Shown in pieces: positions 26,790-36,500 of a stretch of DNA of 64,000 bases. The translations under genes and the position numbers were made by a program. The DNA is from an uncultured Rhodospirillaceae bacterium (GTDB taxonomy: Bacteria > Pseudomonadota > Alphaproteobacteria > UBA9219), in the NCBI GenBank assembly GCA_964652235.1, contig CAZZDK010000005.1:29922-93921 (forward strand), in the 5' to 3' direction. Below the pieces are notes generated by a model. That model was not told where the DNA came from, searched no databases, and was given only the letters and a program-made list of their open reading frames with translations. Position 1 is the first letter of the stretch. Each line of letters opens with the position of its first letter.

Positions 26790-29636
26790 ATGTCCGAAGT
26801 TGATTACAAAAATACGTTAAACCTTCCTGTAACGGATTTTCCTATGCGCGCGGATTCCTCTCAGTCTGAACCGCGCCGCGTTGGCCTTTGGCTTGAGGAG
26901 AACGCTTACGACCGCCTCAGAAACGCTCACGAAGGCGACGAAACCTTTATCGTTCATTGCGGCCCTCCTTATGCGAACGGCAAACTTCATGGAGGACATT
27001 TAGCTCCTTGCATGCTTAAGGACATTGTCGTTCGAAGCAAGAGTATGGCTGGCTTCGATACACCTTTTGTTCCCGGATGGGACTGCCATGGGCTCCCCAT
27101 CGAATGGAAAGTGGAGAAGGAGCTTCAAGCGCAAGGCACCAAGAAGTCAGAGGTTACGCGTGCCGAGTTCAGGCAACTATGCAGGGAATATGCGTCGAGA
27201 TGGATCGAAGAACAGAGAAACGATTGGCAGCGCATGGGCTGTCTTGCCGATTGGTCAAACCCGTATTTGACGATGGACTTTTCCACGGAAGCCAACATCA
27301 TTCGCCAGCTTGGCCGGCTTGCGCAAACAGGCCTTCTATACAAAGACTTTAAACCCGTTATGTGGTCCCCCGTCGAGCAAACAGCGCTTGCGGAGGCAGA
27401 GATAGAATATGAAAACGCTAAAGCCAAAGCCATCTTCGTCGGCTTCGACCTAGTTTCCGCCGACAAGGAAGCTCTAGTCGCGTGGACGACTACGCCCTGG
27501 ACTCTCCCCTCAAATAAAGCTTTGGCTGTTGCCCAAGACATCACTTACGTTGCGGTCCAAGCACAAAATACGGATGAAACATCTCAGATCGAAAAGGACA
27601 AACTTTACTGGGTGGCTGAATCTCGCGTTGCCGCCTTTGCGAAAGCTGCCGGGATTAGCGAATACGAGATCGTTAAAAAACAACAAGGGAAATCGTTTGT
27701 CGGTCAGCTGTGTAAGACGCCCCTATATGACGAAACAGTTCCGGTTGTTTTGGGAGAGCACGTGACTGCAGAAGACGGAACAGGTATCGTCCATATTGCT
27801 CCCGCGCATGGTTTAGAAGACTTTTCTGTTGGAAAACAAAACGGCCTTGTGCTTGAGGGCTACATTGATGAGAAAGGCTGTTTTACTTCCTCGGTTCCCG
27901 CGCTAGCTCATACGCAGAAATCATTGGCTGGCCTTAAAATGGTTGAGGCCGAACCACTCATTTTGGAGGATCTGCGCGCCACAAAAACGCTTCTGCGAGA
28001 AGAATCCATTAAGCATTCGGTTCCCGTCTCATGGCGATCAAAGGCTCCATTGATTTGCCGCACGACGAGCCAATGGTTCGTGTCTATGGACACTCCCTAT
28101 TCCGACGATGAAAAGACGTTGAGGCAGGGAGCGCTCGACGAGATTTCCAAGGTTTCTTGGTCGCCCAAAGACGGCGGCAACAGAATTAGGGGCATGGTTC
28201 AAGACCGCCCGGATTGGTGCATCTCCCGCCAAAGGCTGTGGGGCGTTCCTATCTCAATTTTTCAGGTGCGATCCACTGGCGAGTATGTTCTGGATCCAGA
28301 AGTTTTCGAGTCTATCGCACAAGCGGTAGAAAAACATGGCATTGACGCTTGGGACGAACTTCCAACGGAAAAGTTGCTGCCTGAGGGATGGCTCAAAAAG
28401 CGTGGCATCGCCGCCGACGATCTGGTGCGCGAGAAAGACATTTTAGACGTCTGGTTCGACTCCGGTTCTTCTTTCTACCACGTTTTAAAGCAGAGGCCCG
28501 AGCTGTCTTTTCCGGCCGATCTCTATTTGGAAGGGTATGACCAACATAGAGGCTGGTTTCAATCAAGCTTATTGCTGGCAACAGCTACAGAAAACGCAGC
28601 TCCATACAAAAGCGTTTTAACGCACGGCTTTGTCGTCGACAAACACGGAAAGAAAGTTTCTAAATCCAAAGGAAATGGCGCTGATGCCGTTGAGTCGATG
28701 GACAAATACGGCGCCGATGTGTTGCGACTTTGGGTCGCATCGGCAAACTACAAAAGCGATCTGCGCTTTGACGACAAAACCATGAAAGACGTGACAGAGT
28801 CTTATAGAAAGATACGGAACACTCTGAGGTACCTGATGGGAAACACCTCAGATTTTGATCCGAAGAAGGACGCGGTCGCTTATGCCGATCTTCCGGAAAT
28901 GGAAAAGTGGATTCTTGCCAAGTACGCCGGTGTAAGCCAGACAATGCAGGATTGTTACTCTTCTTATGATTTTCAAAAAGCGTTTAAGTCCGCCTTGGAT
29001 TTCTGCAAAAACGAGCTATCCAGCTTCTACTTGGACGTAAGAAAAGACACACTTTATTGCGAGGAGCCATCATCTTCGACGCGCCGTTCCTGCCAAACGG
29101 TTCTGAATCACTTGTTGGATGGACTGACGACACACCTGACTCCGCTTATGCCGTTTACCTGCGACGAAGCATGGCGGTTGCAGCATGGGGAAAACGCTCC
29201 TGTCTATTTGGAAAGATTCAAGCCTTCGGCTCCGGAATGGGGTGATCAAGATATCCTTGCGAAATGGGAAAGGATTGGTTCTCTCAGGGAGCAGGTCAAC
29301 ACGACGTTTGAGGCAAAGATTAAAGAGGCAACTAATCTCAAAAACAGGACGACGGTTGCTGCCGAAATAGAGGCGCCATCACAGCTTATCAAAGATATGG
29401 AAGGACTTGATGCTGCTAACGTTCTCCAGTTTGCTTCCGTTAGGCTAAAACAATCGGATGATATCCAAGTGGCGTTTTCTTTGTTTGATGGTAGCAAGTG
29501 CCCACGCTGTTGGAAGAGCTTTGAGGCCTTAGCCGATGATCTTTGTGGACGTTGCTCAGATGTCGTTGCAAAGCTTGCAGTTAGGCCAACAAAAGGGCAA
29601 GAGCAATCTCCGCCTACGAAGCAAGCCAAGCCTTAA
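26790..29636 (+). CDS. ileS: Isoleucine--tRNA ligase, type 1, with divergent catalytic signatures
   Basis: YKNTLNLP, PPYANG, GWDCHGLPIE, WTTTPWTLPSN, GTGIVHIAPAHG, DWCISRQR, DVWFDSG, C-terminal CxxC..CxxC Zn finger; AGGAG RBS before 26790. Confidence 0.93.
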   Translation: MSEVDYKNTLNLPVTDFPMRADSSQSEPRRVGLWLEENAYDRLRNAHEGDETFIVHCGPPYANGKLHGGHLAPCMLKDIVVRSKSMAGFDTPFVPGWDCHGLPIEWKVEKELQAQGTKKSEVTRAEFRQLCREYASRWIEEQRNDWQRMGCLADWSNPYLTMDFSTEANIIRQLGRLAQTGLLYKDFKPVMWSPVEQTALAEAEIEYENAKAKAIFVGFDLVSADKEALVAWTTTPWTLPSNKALAVAQDITYVAVQAQNTDETSQIEKDKLYWVAESRVAAFAKAAGISEYEIVKKQQGKSFVGQLCKTPLYDETVPVVLGEHVTAEDGTGIVHIAPAHGLEDFSVGKQNGLVLEGYIDEKGCFTSSVPALAHTQKSLAGLKMVEAEPLILEDLRATKTLLREESIKHSVPVSWRSKAPLICRTTSQWFVSMDTPYSDDEKTLRQGALDEISKVSWSPKDGGNRIRGMVQDRPDWCISRQRLWGVPISIFQVRSTGEYVLDPEVFESIAQAVEKHGIDAWDELPTEKLLPEGWLKKRGIAADDLVREKDILDVWFDSGSSFYHVLKQRPELSFPADLYLEGYDQHRGWFQSSLLLATATENAAPYKSVLTHGFVVDKHGKKVSKSKGNGADAVESMDKYGADVLRLWVASANYKSDLRFDDKTMKDVTESYRKIRNTLRYLMGNTSDFDPKKDAVAYADLPEMEKWILAKYAGVSQTMQDCYSSYDFQKAFKSALDFCKNELSSFYLDVRKDTLYCEEPSSSTRRSCQTVLNHLLDGLTTHLTPLMPFTCDEAWRLQHGENAPVYLERFKPSAPEWGDQDILAKWERIGSLREQVNTTFEAKIKEATNLKNRTTVAAEIEAPSQLIKDMEGLDAANVLQFASVRLKQSDDIQVAFSLFDGSKCPRCWKSFEALADDLCGRCSDVVAKLAVRPTKGQEQSPPTKQAKP

Positions 29637-29896
29637 TAAGGATCGGGCTTGAAAACGCTTTTGTCGCAGGCCGCTTTAATTTGTGCGCGTAGCACAGCGT
29701 AGTCGTGCATAGCATCGGTAGAAGCCGCTCCAGAAGGAGCGGCTTCTATTTCTTTTGCAAGCCTTTTCTGAAACTCCCTGCTATACTCCTTGATCGGCGG
29801 GCAGACGCAGGCAGGGTTAGAATTTGCCGTTCCGCAGGCGGTCAACAAGCTCAGCGCGAGTGCGAGGAGCGTCCATCGTTGCACGAAGTTGGGCAT
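29633..29896 (-). CDS. Outer-membrane lipoprotein spanin (Rz1-like)
   Basis: Lipobox LLTAC; overlaps the Rz-like gene. Confidence 0.7.
   Translation of the reverse strand: MPNFVQRWTLLALALSLLTACGTANSNPACVCPPIKEYSREFQKRLAKEIEAAPSGAASTDAMHDYAVLRAQIKAACDKSVFKPDPY
29719..29757 (+). terminator. Intrinsic terminator for ileS lying inside the antisense spanin gene
   Basis: Perfect 13-bp stem TAGAAGCCGCTCC-agaa-GGAGCGGCTTCTA followed by TTTCTTTT. Confidence 0.7.
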
Positions 29897-30056
29897 CTTT
29901 GATCTCCACGATTTTTTTGAGTTGGTCATAGCGTTCGGCAGTTCGGCCTGATTGCTTTGCGCCGAGCAAAACGGCGGCCACGGACGCGGCAAGCGCGCCC
30001 CAGCCGATGATTTTGATGAGGTTGCTGGATAACCAGCCTGAAAGGATCGTCCACAT
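29817..30056 (-). CDS. Inner-membrane spanin (Rz-like)
   Basis: N-terminal TM plus coiled coil, immediately after the endolysin. Confidence 0.6.
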   Translation of the reverse strand: MWTILSGWLSSNLIKIIGWGALAASVAAVLLGAKQSGRTAERYDQLKKIVEIKDAQLRATMDAPRTRAELVDRLRNGKF

Positions 30057-30718
30057 CAGCGCAGGCCTTTCCGATGGTCATCAATGCGCGCCCAGATCAT
30101 CACGCCGATGCCAATCAGCGTGATGGCCAAAAGTAGCCATTTGGCGACATCGAGATACGGCACGAGCATTTGGAGGCTGTCGCAGGCTGGGGCAATTCCG
30201 TCCTGTACAGCCTGTAGCGCCCCAAGGCCAACGGTTGCCGCCGTGGCGGCCTTTCCGCCCTTTACGGTGCGCGTGTGTTGCAAGTTCTTGGGCGGAGGCT
30301 CCACACCTGCCAGAACCAAGGCCTTGTCGATCTGTGCGCCTGTGTAGGGCTGCTGGCCGTTTTCATGCTTGATGATGGCTTCGACAATGGACTTCAGATC
30401 GGCGTAGGCGTGCATGTCGAGAGCTTGGTCTGCGGGAAACCCCGTGTCCGCCGAAACGGCCCTCACATAGGCCGCTGTGTCGTTTTCGTTTGGAGGTGCC
30501 CAGCGTTCGATGATCTGCTGGATCGTGCGCAGACCGTGTTTAATCCGATAAGCGATCAAGACCCTTGCCAATGCACGGATCCCGTAGATCGGGCTTTTGA
30601 ACATGAAGAAATCGGGATCCGTCTGCTGGTCGGCCAGTCCTTGCCATTGCGTTTCCGTTTTGCGCAGATTGCCAGGGTTGTTGTTGCGAATGCCTCGCGG
30701 GGGCGTTTTATTAGTCAT
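30056..30718 (-). CDS. Lysozyme-fold endolysin/virion protein (RGIRNNNPGN family) with C-terminal hydrophobic segments
   Basis: RGIRNNNPGNL, IIERWAPPNENDT and IIKHENG motifs. Confidence 0.75.
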   Translation of the reverse strand: MTNKTPPRGIRNNNPGNLRKTETQWQGLADQQTDPDFFMFKSPIYGIRALARVLIAYRIKHGLRTIQQIIERWAPPNENDTAAYVRAVSADTGFPADQALDMHAYADLKSIVEAIIKHENGQQPYTGAQIDKALVLAGVEPPPKNLQHTRTVKGGKAATAATVGLGALQAVQDGIAPACDSLQMLVPYLDVAKWLLLAITLIGIGVMIWARIDDHRKGLR

Positions 30719-30740
30719 TGTGCTTCCTTTCGTTTGGGCA

Positions 30741-30770
30741 AAGAAAAAGCCGCCCGAAAGCAGCTTTCGG
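30741..30770 (-). terminator. Probable terminator hairpin upstream of the endolysin gene
   Basis: GC-rich stem followed by TTTTTCTT on the minus strand. Confidence 0.45.
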
Positions 30771-30806
30771 TGTACAAAACGTGATGTTTCTCGTAAGTTC
30801 GAGGTT

Positions 30807-31268
30807 ATGGAAATCAGAGACGCCAAACCGGAAGACGCCGCCGCGATTTGCGATGTCCTGCGTCAGTCCGTCACAAACTTATGCATCGGGGATCACAAGA
30901 ACGACCCAGCCATCCTTGGCGCTTGGCTCGGCAACAAGACGCCGGAGACGCTGAAAAGTTGGATCGAGGATACTTCAAGCCAAATGCTGGTGGCGACCGA
31001 AGGCGATGAGGTTCTCGCCGTGGGAGGCATCATGGATACGGGCGAGATCACGTTGAACTATGTCCTGCCTTCGGCACGCATGCGCGGCATAAGCAAACGG
31101 ATGGTTCAGGCACTTGAAGCACGAGCGAAAGAGTCTGGCGCAATAGCCTGCACGCTTAACAGCACAGGCACAGCACGGCGTTTTTATCTGGCGATGGGCT
31201 ATGCCGAACAAGAACCCAAGACGGGCATGTTCGGAGCTATCGTTTACCCGATGTCGAAACCCCTTTAA
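30807..31268 (+). CDS. GNAT acetyltransferase (moron)
   Basis: YVLPSARMRGISK and ARRFYLAMGY; antisense to the late operon. Confidence 0.85.
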   Translation: MEIRDAKPEDAAAICDVLRQSVTNLCIGDHKNDPAILGAWLGNKTPETLKSWIEDTSSQMLVATEGDEVLAVGGIMDTGEITLNYVLPSARMRGISKRMVQALEARAKESGAIACTLNSTGTARRFYLAMGYAEQEPKTGMFGAIVYPMSKPL

Positions 31269-31271
31269 TAT

Positions 31272-31574
31272 CTATGACCCTTTGCTCGTCCACCAGCGAA
31301 GGACATTGTCGAGCACAAATCCGGCGATGGCCCCAAGCGTCAGGATCACGGCAAAGCCGCCTTTCCAGCGGTTCGCCAAGCGGTCGAGGGTGTCGAGCCG
31401 AGAGTCGATTCCATCCACCTTGGTTTTGAGTTCGGATACGGCAGCGATAAGGCTGGCAACTTGCGCTTCTAGCCGCCCGATGCTGCGGAAGTATTCGATC
31501 TGTTCATTTGGGCTCATGGTAAAACTCTCCTGATCCTGTCCGTTAGGCACAGGCTGCGTTTGTGTTTGAAGCAT
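31272..31574 (-). CDS. Coiled-coil protein with C-terminal TM, holin-like candidate
   Basis: Position near lysis genes and single TM; function inferred. Confidence 0.5.
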   Translation of the reverse strand: MLQTQTQPVPNGQDQESFTMSPNEQIEYFRSIGRLEAQVASLIAAVSELKTKVDGIDSRLDTLDRLANRWKGGFAVILTLGAIAGFVLDNVLRWWTSKGS

Positions 31575-31577
31575 GGT

Positions 31578-31787
31578 CTATCCCGCGACGATGATAATGA
31601 GCGGCTGCTGGGCTGTTTCGGCTGGCGGCGCGGCGTTGGCGCGCAAGACCTCGACCGCTATGTGGCTTATTCTGGCAGAGCGCGAGGCTGGACGACGCGC
31701 AACCTCGATAACCGTTTGCGTTGCACGCGCCTTGGCAATCGTCGGTTTGCGGACAACCTCAACAGCTTCTTGTGTGACGCGCAACAT
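31578..31787 (-). CDS. Small tail-associated hypothetical protein with three internal repeats
   Basis: RVTQEAVEVVR / RATQTVIEVAR / RISHIAVEVLR. Confidence 0.55.
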   Translation of the reverse strand: MLRVTQEAVEVVRKPTIAKARATQTVIEVARRPASRSARISHIAVEVLRANAAPPAETAQQPLIIIVAG

Positions 31788-32812
31788 TAGGCTTGCACCT
31801 TATAGCCGAACTCGGCGGCATTGATTTCGGCTTCTGTCCAGTTAGCGGAAGTCGCTGGATTTTGCGCCCAGACTTGCCTGTGATCGACGTAGGAATCCGA
31901 AAGCGTCATGTCCGCGCCTTCATAATTGGTGGAGCCAACACGGGTTACGGCCCTGAGAAGCCTCGTGCCCGCATCATCCTTACGGGCCAAGACGTTCGCC
32001 TGAACGCCAAGGACGGAAGCGTTGAGAGTCGAAAGATCGGCAAAGGTGAAGGTATCGATGTTTCCCGCCGTATCGCTGACATTGTAGGTCGTATCCTCGT
32101 CCGGCGAAGCATCGTCCACGTTTTCCCAATTGTTCGCGCTGCCGGTCGGCGTAAATTGCGCCGATGCCCCCGCGCCAGATGGAAAGAGCGTGTCCACGCG
32201 CACGTCGCCAAGAAAGTCGTTTCGGATGCTGCCGGTGCCGTCGCACATATAGAAATCGTCGTAATAGACAATGGCGGCGGACGGCATGCCGTAAAGCCGG
32301 ATCGAGTTCGCTGTGGCGATAGAGGACGATGCTTTTGTGTCCCCCGTGAAGGTCGCCCAGACCTCGCCGTTGACCCGCGCTTCGAAATATCCCCCGCTGT
32401 CCGCGATGGTCAGCTTGCATTCGATAAAGTTCCATGCGCCAACCGACAATGCGCCAGCAGACGAAGCAAGCAAAGTGCCGCTGGTCGTGCCTCGGTAAAG
32501 AGCCAAGGTTCCCGTGGTCGAAACGCACAGGCTGGCCTGCACATTGCCTGTATTGTCGCGGAACTGAAAGATGGAGCCTGTGCTGGTCGGAAACGTGCCG
32601 AGCTTCACGGCTGCGCCGACGATCCAAGTCGCCTGATCGTCCAGCGTCTTAGTGACGTAACCGGAGCTTGAATAAAGCTTGATCCCGTTGCTGCCGGAGC
32701 GGCGACCAGCATCCAGCGAAACATAGCTGCTGGAGCCTGTTTCCACGTATTTGTAAAGAAGCTGGGCAACGGTCGTATAGTGGTCGAACCCGTCGATAAA
32801 GCGTAAGGACAT
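31787..32812 (-). CDS. Tail fibre / lectin (LamG-like) structural protein
   Basis: Beta-rich, Ser/Thr/Gly-rich, located in the tail distal region. Confidence 0.55.
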   Translation of the reverse strand: MSLRFIDGFDHYTTVAQLLYKYVETGSSSYVSLDAGRRSGSNGIKLYSSSGYVTKTLDDQATWIVGAAVKLGTFPTSTGSIFQFRDNTGNVQASLCVSTTGTLALYRGTTSGTLLASSAGALSVGAWNFIECKLTIADSGGYFEARVNGEVWATFTGDTKASSSIATANSIRLYGMPSAAIVYYDDFYMCDGTGSIRNDFLGDVRVDTLFPSGAGASAQFTPTGSANNWENVDDASPDEDTTYNVSDTAGNIDTFTFADLSTLNASVLGVQANVLARKDDAGTRLLRAVTRVGSTNYEGADMTLSDSYVDHRQVWAQNPATSANWTEAEINAAEFGYKVQA

Positions 32813-32825
32813 GTTTGTTTCTCCC

Positions 32826-33551
32826 TTAAATGCGAAGGCCTGCCAGCGCGAAGCCGATGTCGGATAGCGTGTCGTCGGGCGATGACGGCGCAACGAGCGA
32901 CAAGATGTCGCCCGCCGCGAAGTCGGTGGTGTTGAGACATGTGAATGTGGCGCTGGTGGCCGAGGCCGCGAAGATCATGGAGGCAAACTCGGCTCCGTTT
33001 TTGCGGATTGAAAAAGCCACCGCCGCCGTAGCCGCCGTTGCGGCCACGCCTTTGCTCTGAGGCATGCCGGAAAGAAAGCGGACGGCGCGTGGCATGGGAA
33101 AGCGCATGATGACGGCGCTGCCTGCGGGCTTGCCTGCATAGCTGCCGCCCACGTCATAGGGCGTCGCCACGCCAGCCTCAGCCATGACAGAGAAATCCGT
33201 CCCATTGCAATAAAGCAGCCTACGTTCGCCGCTACCGACGGAAACGGCTGTGCCGGATGGCGTTTTAACAGAAATCGCGTAACCGCCTGTCGCGCCATTC
33301 TCGACGCAGAGCAGTTTCGGATGCGCGGGAACCGTGATCGTCCGCACCGCCGTCAAGGCTCCTGTAAACTTCAGCGCCATGTTGCCAAGCATCTGCGCAT
33401 CCGTTAGCGCCAGATTGGCATCGGCCAACGCAAGGCTTGTGAACTGGCACAGCGCTTTGTCCAAGGCATCGAAAGCCGAGTTGGCCGTCACTTCCTTTTG
33501 GGCTTGGCTGGCGGCTATGTGGTCTATGAGAAGATTAGGGGTAGTTGTCAT
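32826..33551 (-). CDS. DUF2793-like tail fibre protein
   Basis: N-terminal TPNL...ASQAQKEVTANSAFDALD typical of GTA-associated DUF2793. Confidence 0.65.
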   Translation of the reverse strand: MTTTPNLLIDHIAASQAQKEVTANSAFDALDKALCQFTSLALADANLALTDAQMLGNMALKFTGALTAVRTITVPAHPKLLCVENGATGGYAISVKTPSGTAVSVGSGERRLLYCNGTDFSVMAEAGVATPYDVGGSYAGKPAGSAVIMRFPMPRAVRFLSGMPQSKGVAATAATAAVAFSIRKNGAEFASMIFAASATSATFTCLNTTDFAAGDILSLVAPSSPDDTLSDIGFALAGLRI

Positions 33552-36500
33552 TACACGATGGCCTTTCCTGCATAGCCCCGCCCGATGGTGCTGTTGATTT
33601 GATAAACGGCGATGGACAGGACGTTCTGCGCCCCGCCGAAATCGGTTGTTTGATCGGCGGCACTGTAGGTTGCGCTGGTCGTGGCGGCGTTGATTGTCCG
33701 CACCACCGTGTCGCCGTTTAGAATGTCGATTTCATAGGCCTCCGTGGCCTCGTAGTTCGAGATGTCGATGCTGTCGAGCCACTCGCCGTTCCACCGCGCG
33801 CGCATGACCCAAGAAAGGGTCAGGTTGCCGAGGCCATCGCGGGTTCCTTTGATATGGACAGGCGAAAAGCAGCGCAGGCTGGCCGCGTTGTATTTGAGGC
33901 TGGTTTGTGCTGCATCGTCCCAATCCCCGCCTGTGGGGATGGCCTTGTAATAGGAAAGCTGCCCAATCTCGGTCGCGGCCATTACCATGCGGTAGAAGCC
34001 ATCCGTGGCCAGAACCACGAACCTGTCCCCGATCTTGTGCGTACCTGTGGCCCATTCCGTGCCACGTCGTCCTCGTAAGAGGCCGGAAAGCTGGTAAAGG
34101 TTTTCGGCCAGAAGCGTGGCGTTACGCCATTGGATCAGTTCGTCGCCCAATAACCCGACATTGTTCCAGTTGAGGACTTCCAGCGCCGTCTTGCTGTCCA
34201 GCGTCCCGTGAGAAAGCGCGATTTGCACGGCGTTTGTTTCGTCCCACGACCACGGGCTGAGTGGCGCGGCCAGAACGCTCGACGCCCAGCCATACGCCGG
34301 AGCCGCTTCTCCTGTTCCTATGATGCTCCACGTCAACGCATCCGGCGATTTGTAAAGACTGGCCGTCCCGTTGTTTTTGAGCGCCAAGGCATAATAAAGC
34401 CCCAGCCCATCGTCTTCGGCCCGTAGCATGGGAAGATCCATGACCAAGGCAGAGATCGGCGTAGAGATCGGGATCGGGTTAGATGTAATCGGCACGCCAG
34501 CTCCCTTGGCGTTAGACGTATAGGCAATCTCGTCCTCTGCCACCGCCTTGCAGGCCACGATGTTGTTGCCACCGAAGTCCACTTGCGTCAGGCGCAAAGC
34601 CAGCGTTGCGTCCGGCAATAGGACATCGATCACGTCCGTGGGATCAAGCCGCAGCCATTTGGGCGGCAGGTTGAACTCGAACTGGTTGCGCCCGATCCAC
34701 GCGCTGGTGAGCGTCTTGTCCGCGATCTGCGCCGCTTCGTCTGCCGACAGCGCGATGGATAGCTCGACTGTTTGTTGATCCTTGGTCGTAACAGCGTTGC
34801 CAGCGCGCGCGGCATTCTGCGTATTGCTCTGATAGTCGCGGTCGGGATCGTAATGGGTCAGGTCGATGCGTTGCGGCAGTTCAAGTTCCTGCGTGCGGGT
34901 TTCGGTCACGCGGAGCGGGTTGTCATTGGATGTTCCCTCCACCGCCCCAAGATCGTCGTAAGGGATCGTTGCCGCCAAATCCTGCCCGCGCGGGATAAAG
35001 CGCAGAACACCGTCTGTCTCAGCCGCGTCGATAAAGTACGCGCCGAGCAAAGGTTCAATGGCATCACGGGCCGAAGAGCGACGGCTCATGACATAGCCAT
35101 GCACGAATTGGCTGACTTCGTTCGTTAGGATGTCGGTTTGCTTCAGGCCCGCCCTCTCGCACAGATCCGTCAAGATGGACGATAAGGCCACATTATCCGA
35201 GCCGTAACGCTCCAACGGATATTTGACCTCTCCTTCATTGGTCATGATGATCGCGCTATGCGTGAATTTCTCGTAGCAGCCGCAAAAATGCGTGGCCGAC
35301 GTCGGCATATAGGGCATGAGGTTAATTGTCTTTTCGACCCGCATGCTCACCAGATCAACCAGCGTTGCGGTGAGATCGTTAGTTGCCCAAAGGCGTCCCT
35401 TTTGCGGAAACGCATAATCGTCCTGCAACGTGTAGCCGACCGCCAGCGAAACTCCATCCACATAGGCCGCGAACCCGTTGTTGGGATGCCATTTGACGAT
35501 ACGATGCAACTGATTGATCTTGAAGAACAAATGTCCCGTCGTGTCGTCCCAGAAGATGATGTTGGGGCGCAATCCGCCCGTCCATGCCGAGACATCCCAT
35601 TCAGCCACGTCGCCGTTGCCCAGAATATCGACTTCCACGCGGCGGATTTTGTCGGCGGCGGCTTGCCAATAGCGACCGCTGCCATCCGAGCACATGGGCG
35701 CTTCATTGGCGTAAGGGAAGAACTCGGACAGATCGGCGACCAGCCCGAAGTCAAGGTCATAGACCTTGCGCGAACGATGCACGAAAATCTTGTCGCCCAG
35801 TACGAACCCGCTGACGCTGAAGTCCACGCGCTTCGTCGTCTTGGCGACAACGGCCATCGTGTCGGGATTGCGTTTGCACAGATGCATCCCGACGCCATAG
35901 GCATCCGTGGCGTGATAAAGATAGCCTTCGCTATCGATGCCTCGAAGATCGCCATACACGTCATCCACGAGAGGCACATTGAGCGCCAGCGTGTTGTTGA
36001 CGAGATTGTACTTGAATGCGCGCGTCGAATTGACGCACAGCAAGACGCCGCGCGAGGGGTCGTTCACACCACCTTCGCGGTACATGCTGGATATTCTTGG
36101 CAAGATCACTGCGTCGCAATCCATCGCGCCGGAGGCCACAACTTCCGCGCTGATATTCGGGATGCGGTTGGCGAAGTCGGCCAACTGCAAATCTGTGAAG
36201 GTCAAAAAACACAGCCCGCGATAGCCCGGCACGTTGCCTGCGCCAAGATGCATTTCCATCGTGCTGTCGGGATGTTGGTCTTCTGCGCCTGTATGAACGC
36301 GGATAACGCCGGGGTATTTCTCGGTCGCTTGCGTGTTGCTGGCCGTTGCGTCGTAAATGAGCTTGGTGTCCGCCCACACGCGCCGAACGGTTGAAACAGG
36401 CCCCGCGCAAAGCCCGACCGCGAACGAGACCGAATAGGTATAGGTCGTGCTGGTTGAACTTCCGCCGCCGCCTTTGCCGCCGCGTTGGGTCTGGACATGG

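Larger units (their letters stand above)
3312..29636. mobile_element. Accessory island (possible prophage cargo arm) between the putative att and the lysis cassette
   Basis: Accessory gene content, phage-type regulators, lower GC in 16-29.6 kb, directly abuts the prophage spanin gene; boundaries inferred. Confidence 0.55.

Noticed and set aside
35258-36394. 378-aa + strand ORF opposite the central tail gene (also 46744-48054, 48939-49886, 51529-52956, 40887-41864, 42495-43454)
   Set aside because: Antisense shadow ORFs typical of high-GC coding DNA; no motifs, and the opposite strand encodes recognised phage proteins.
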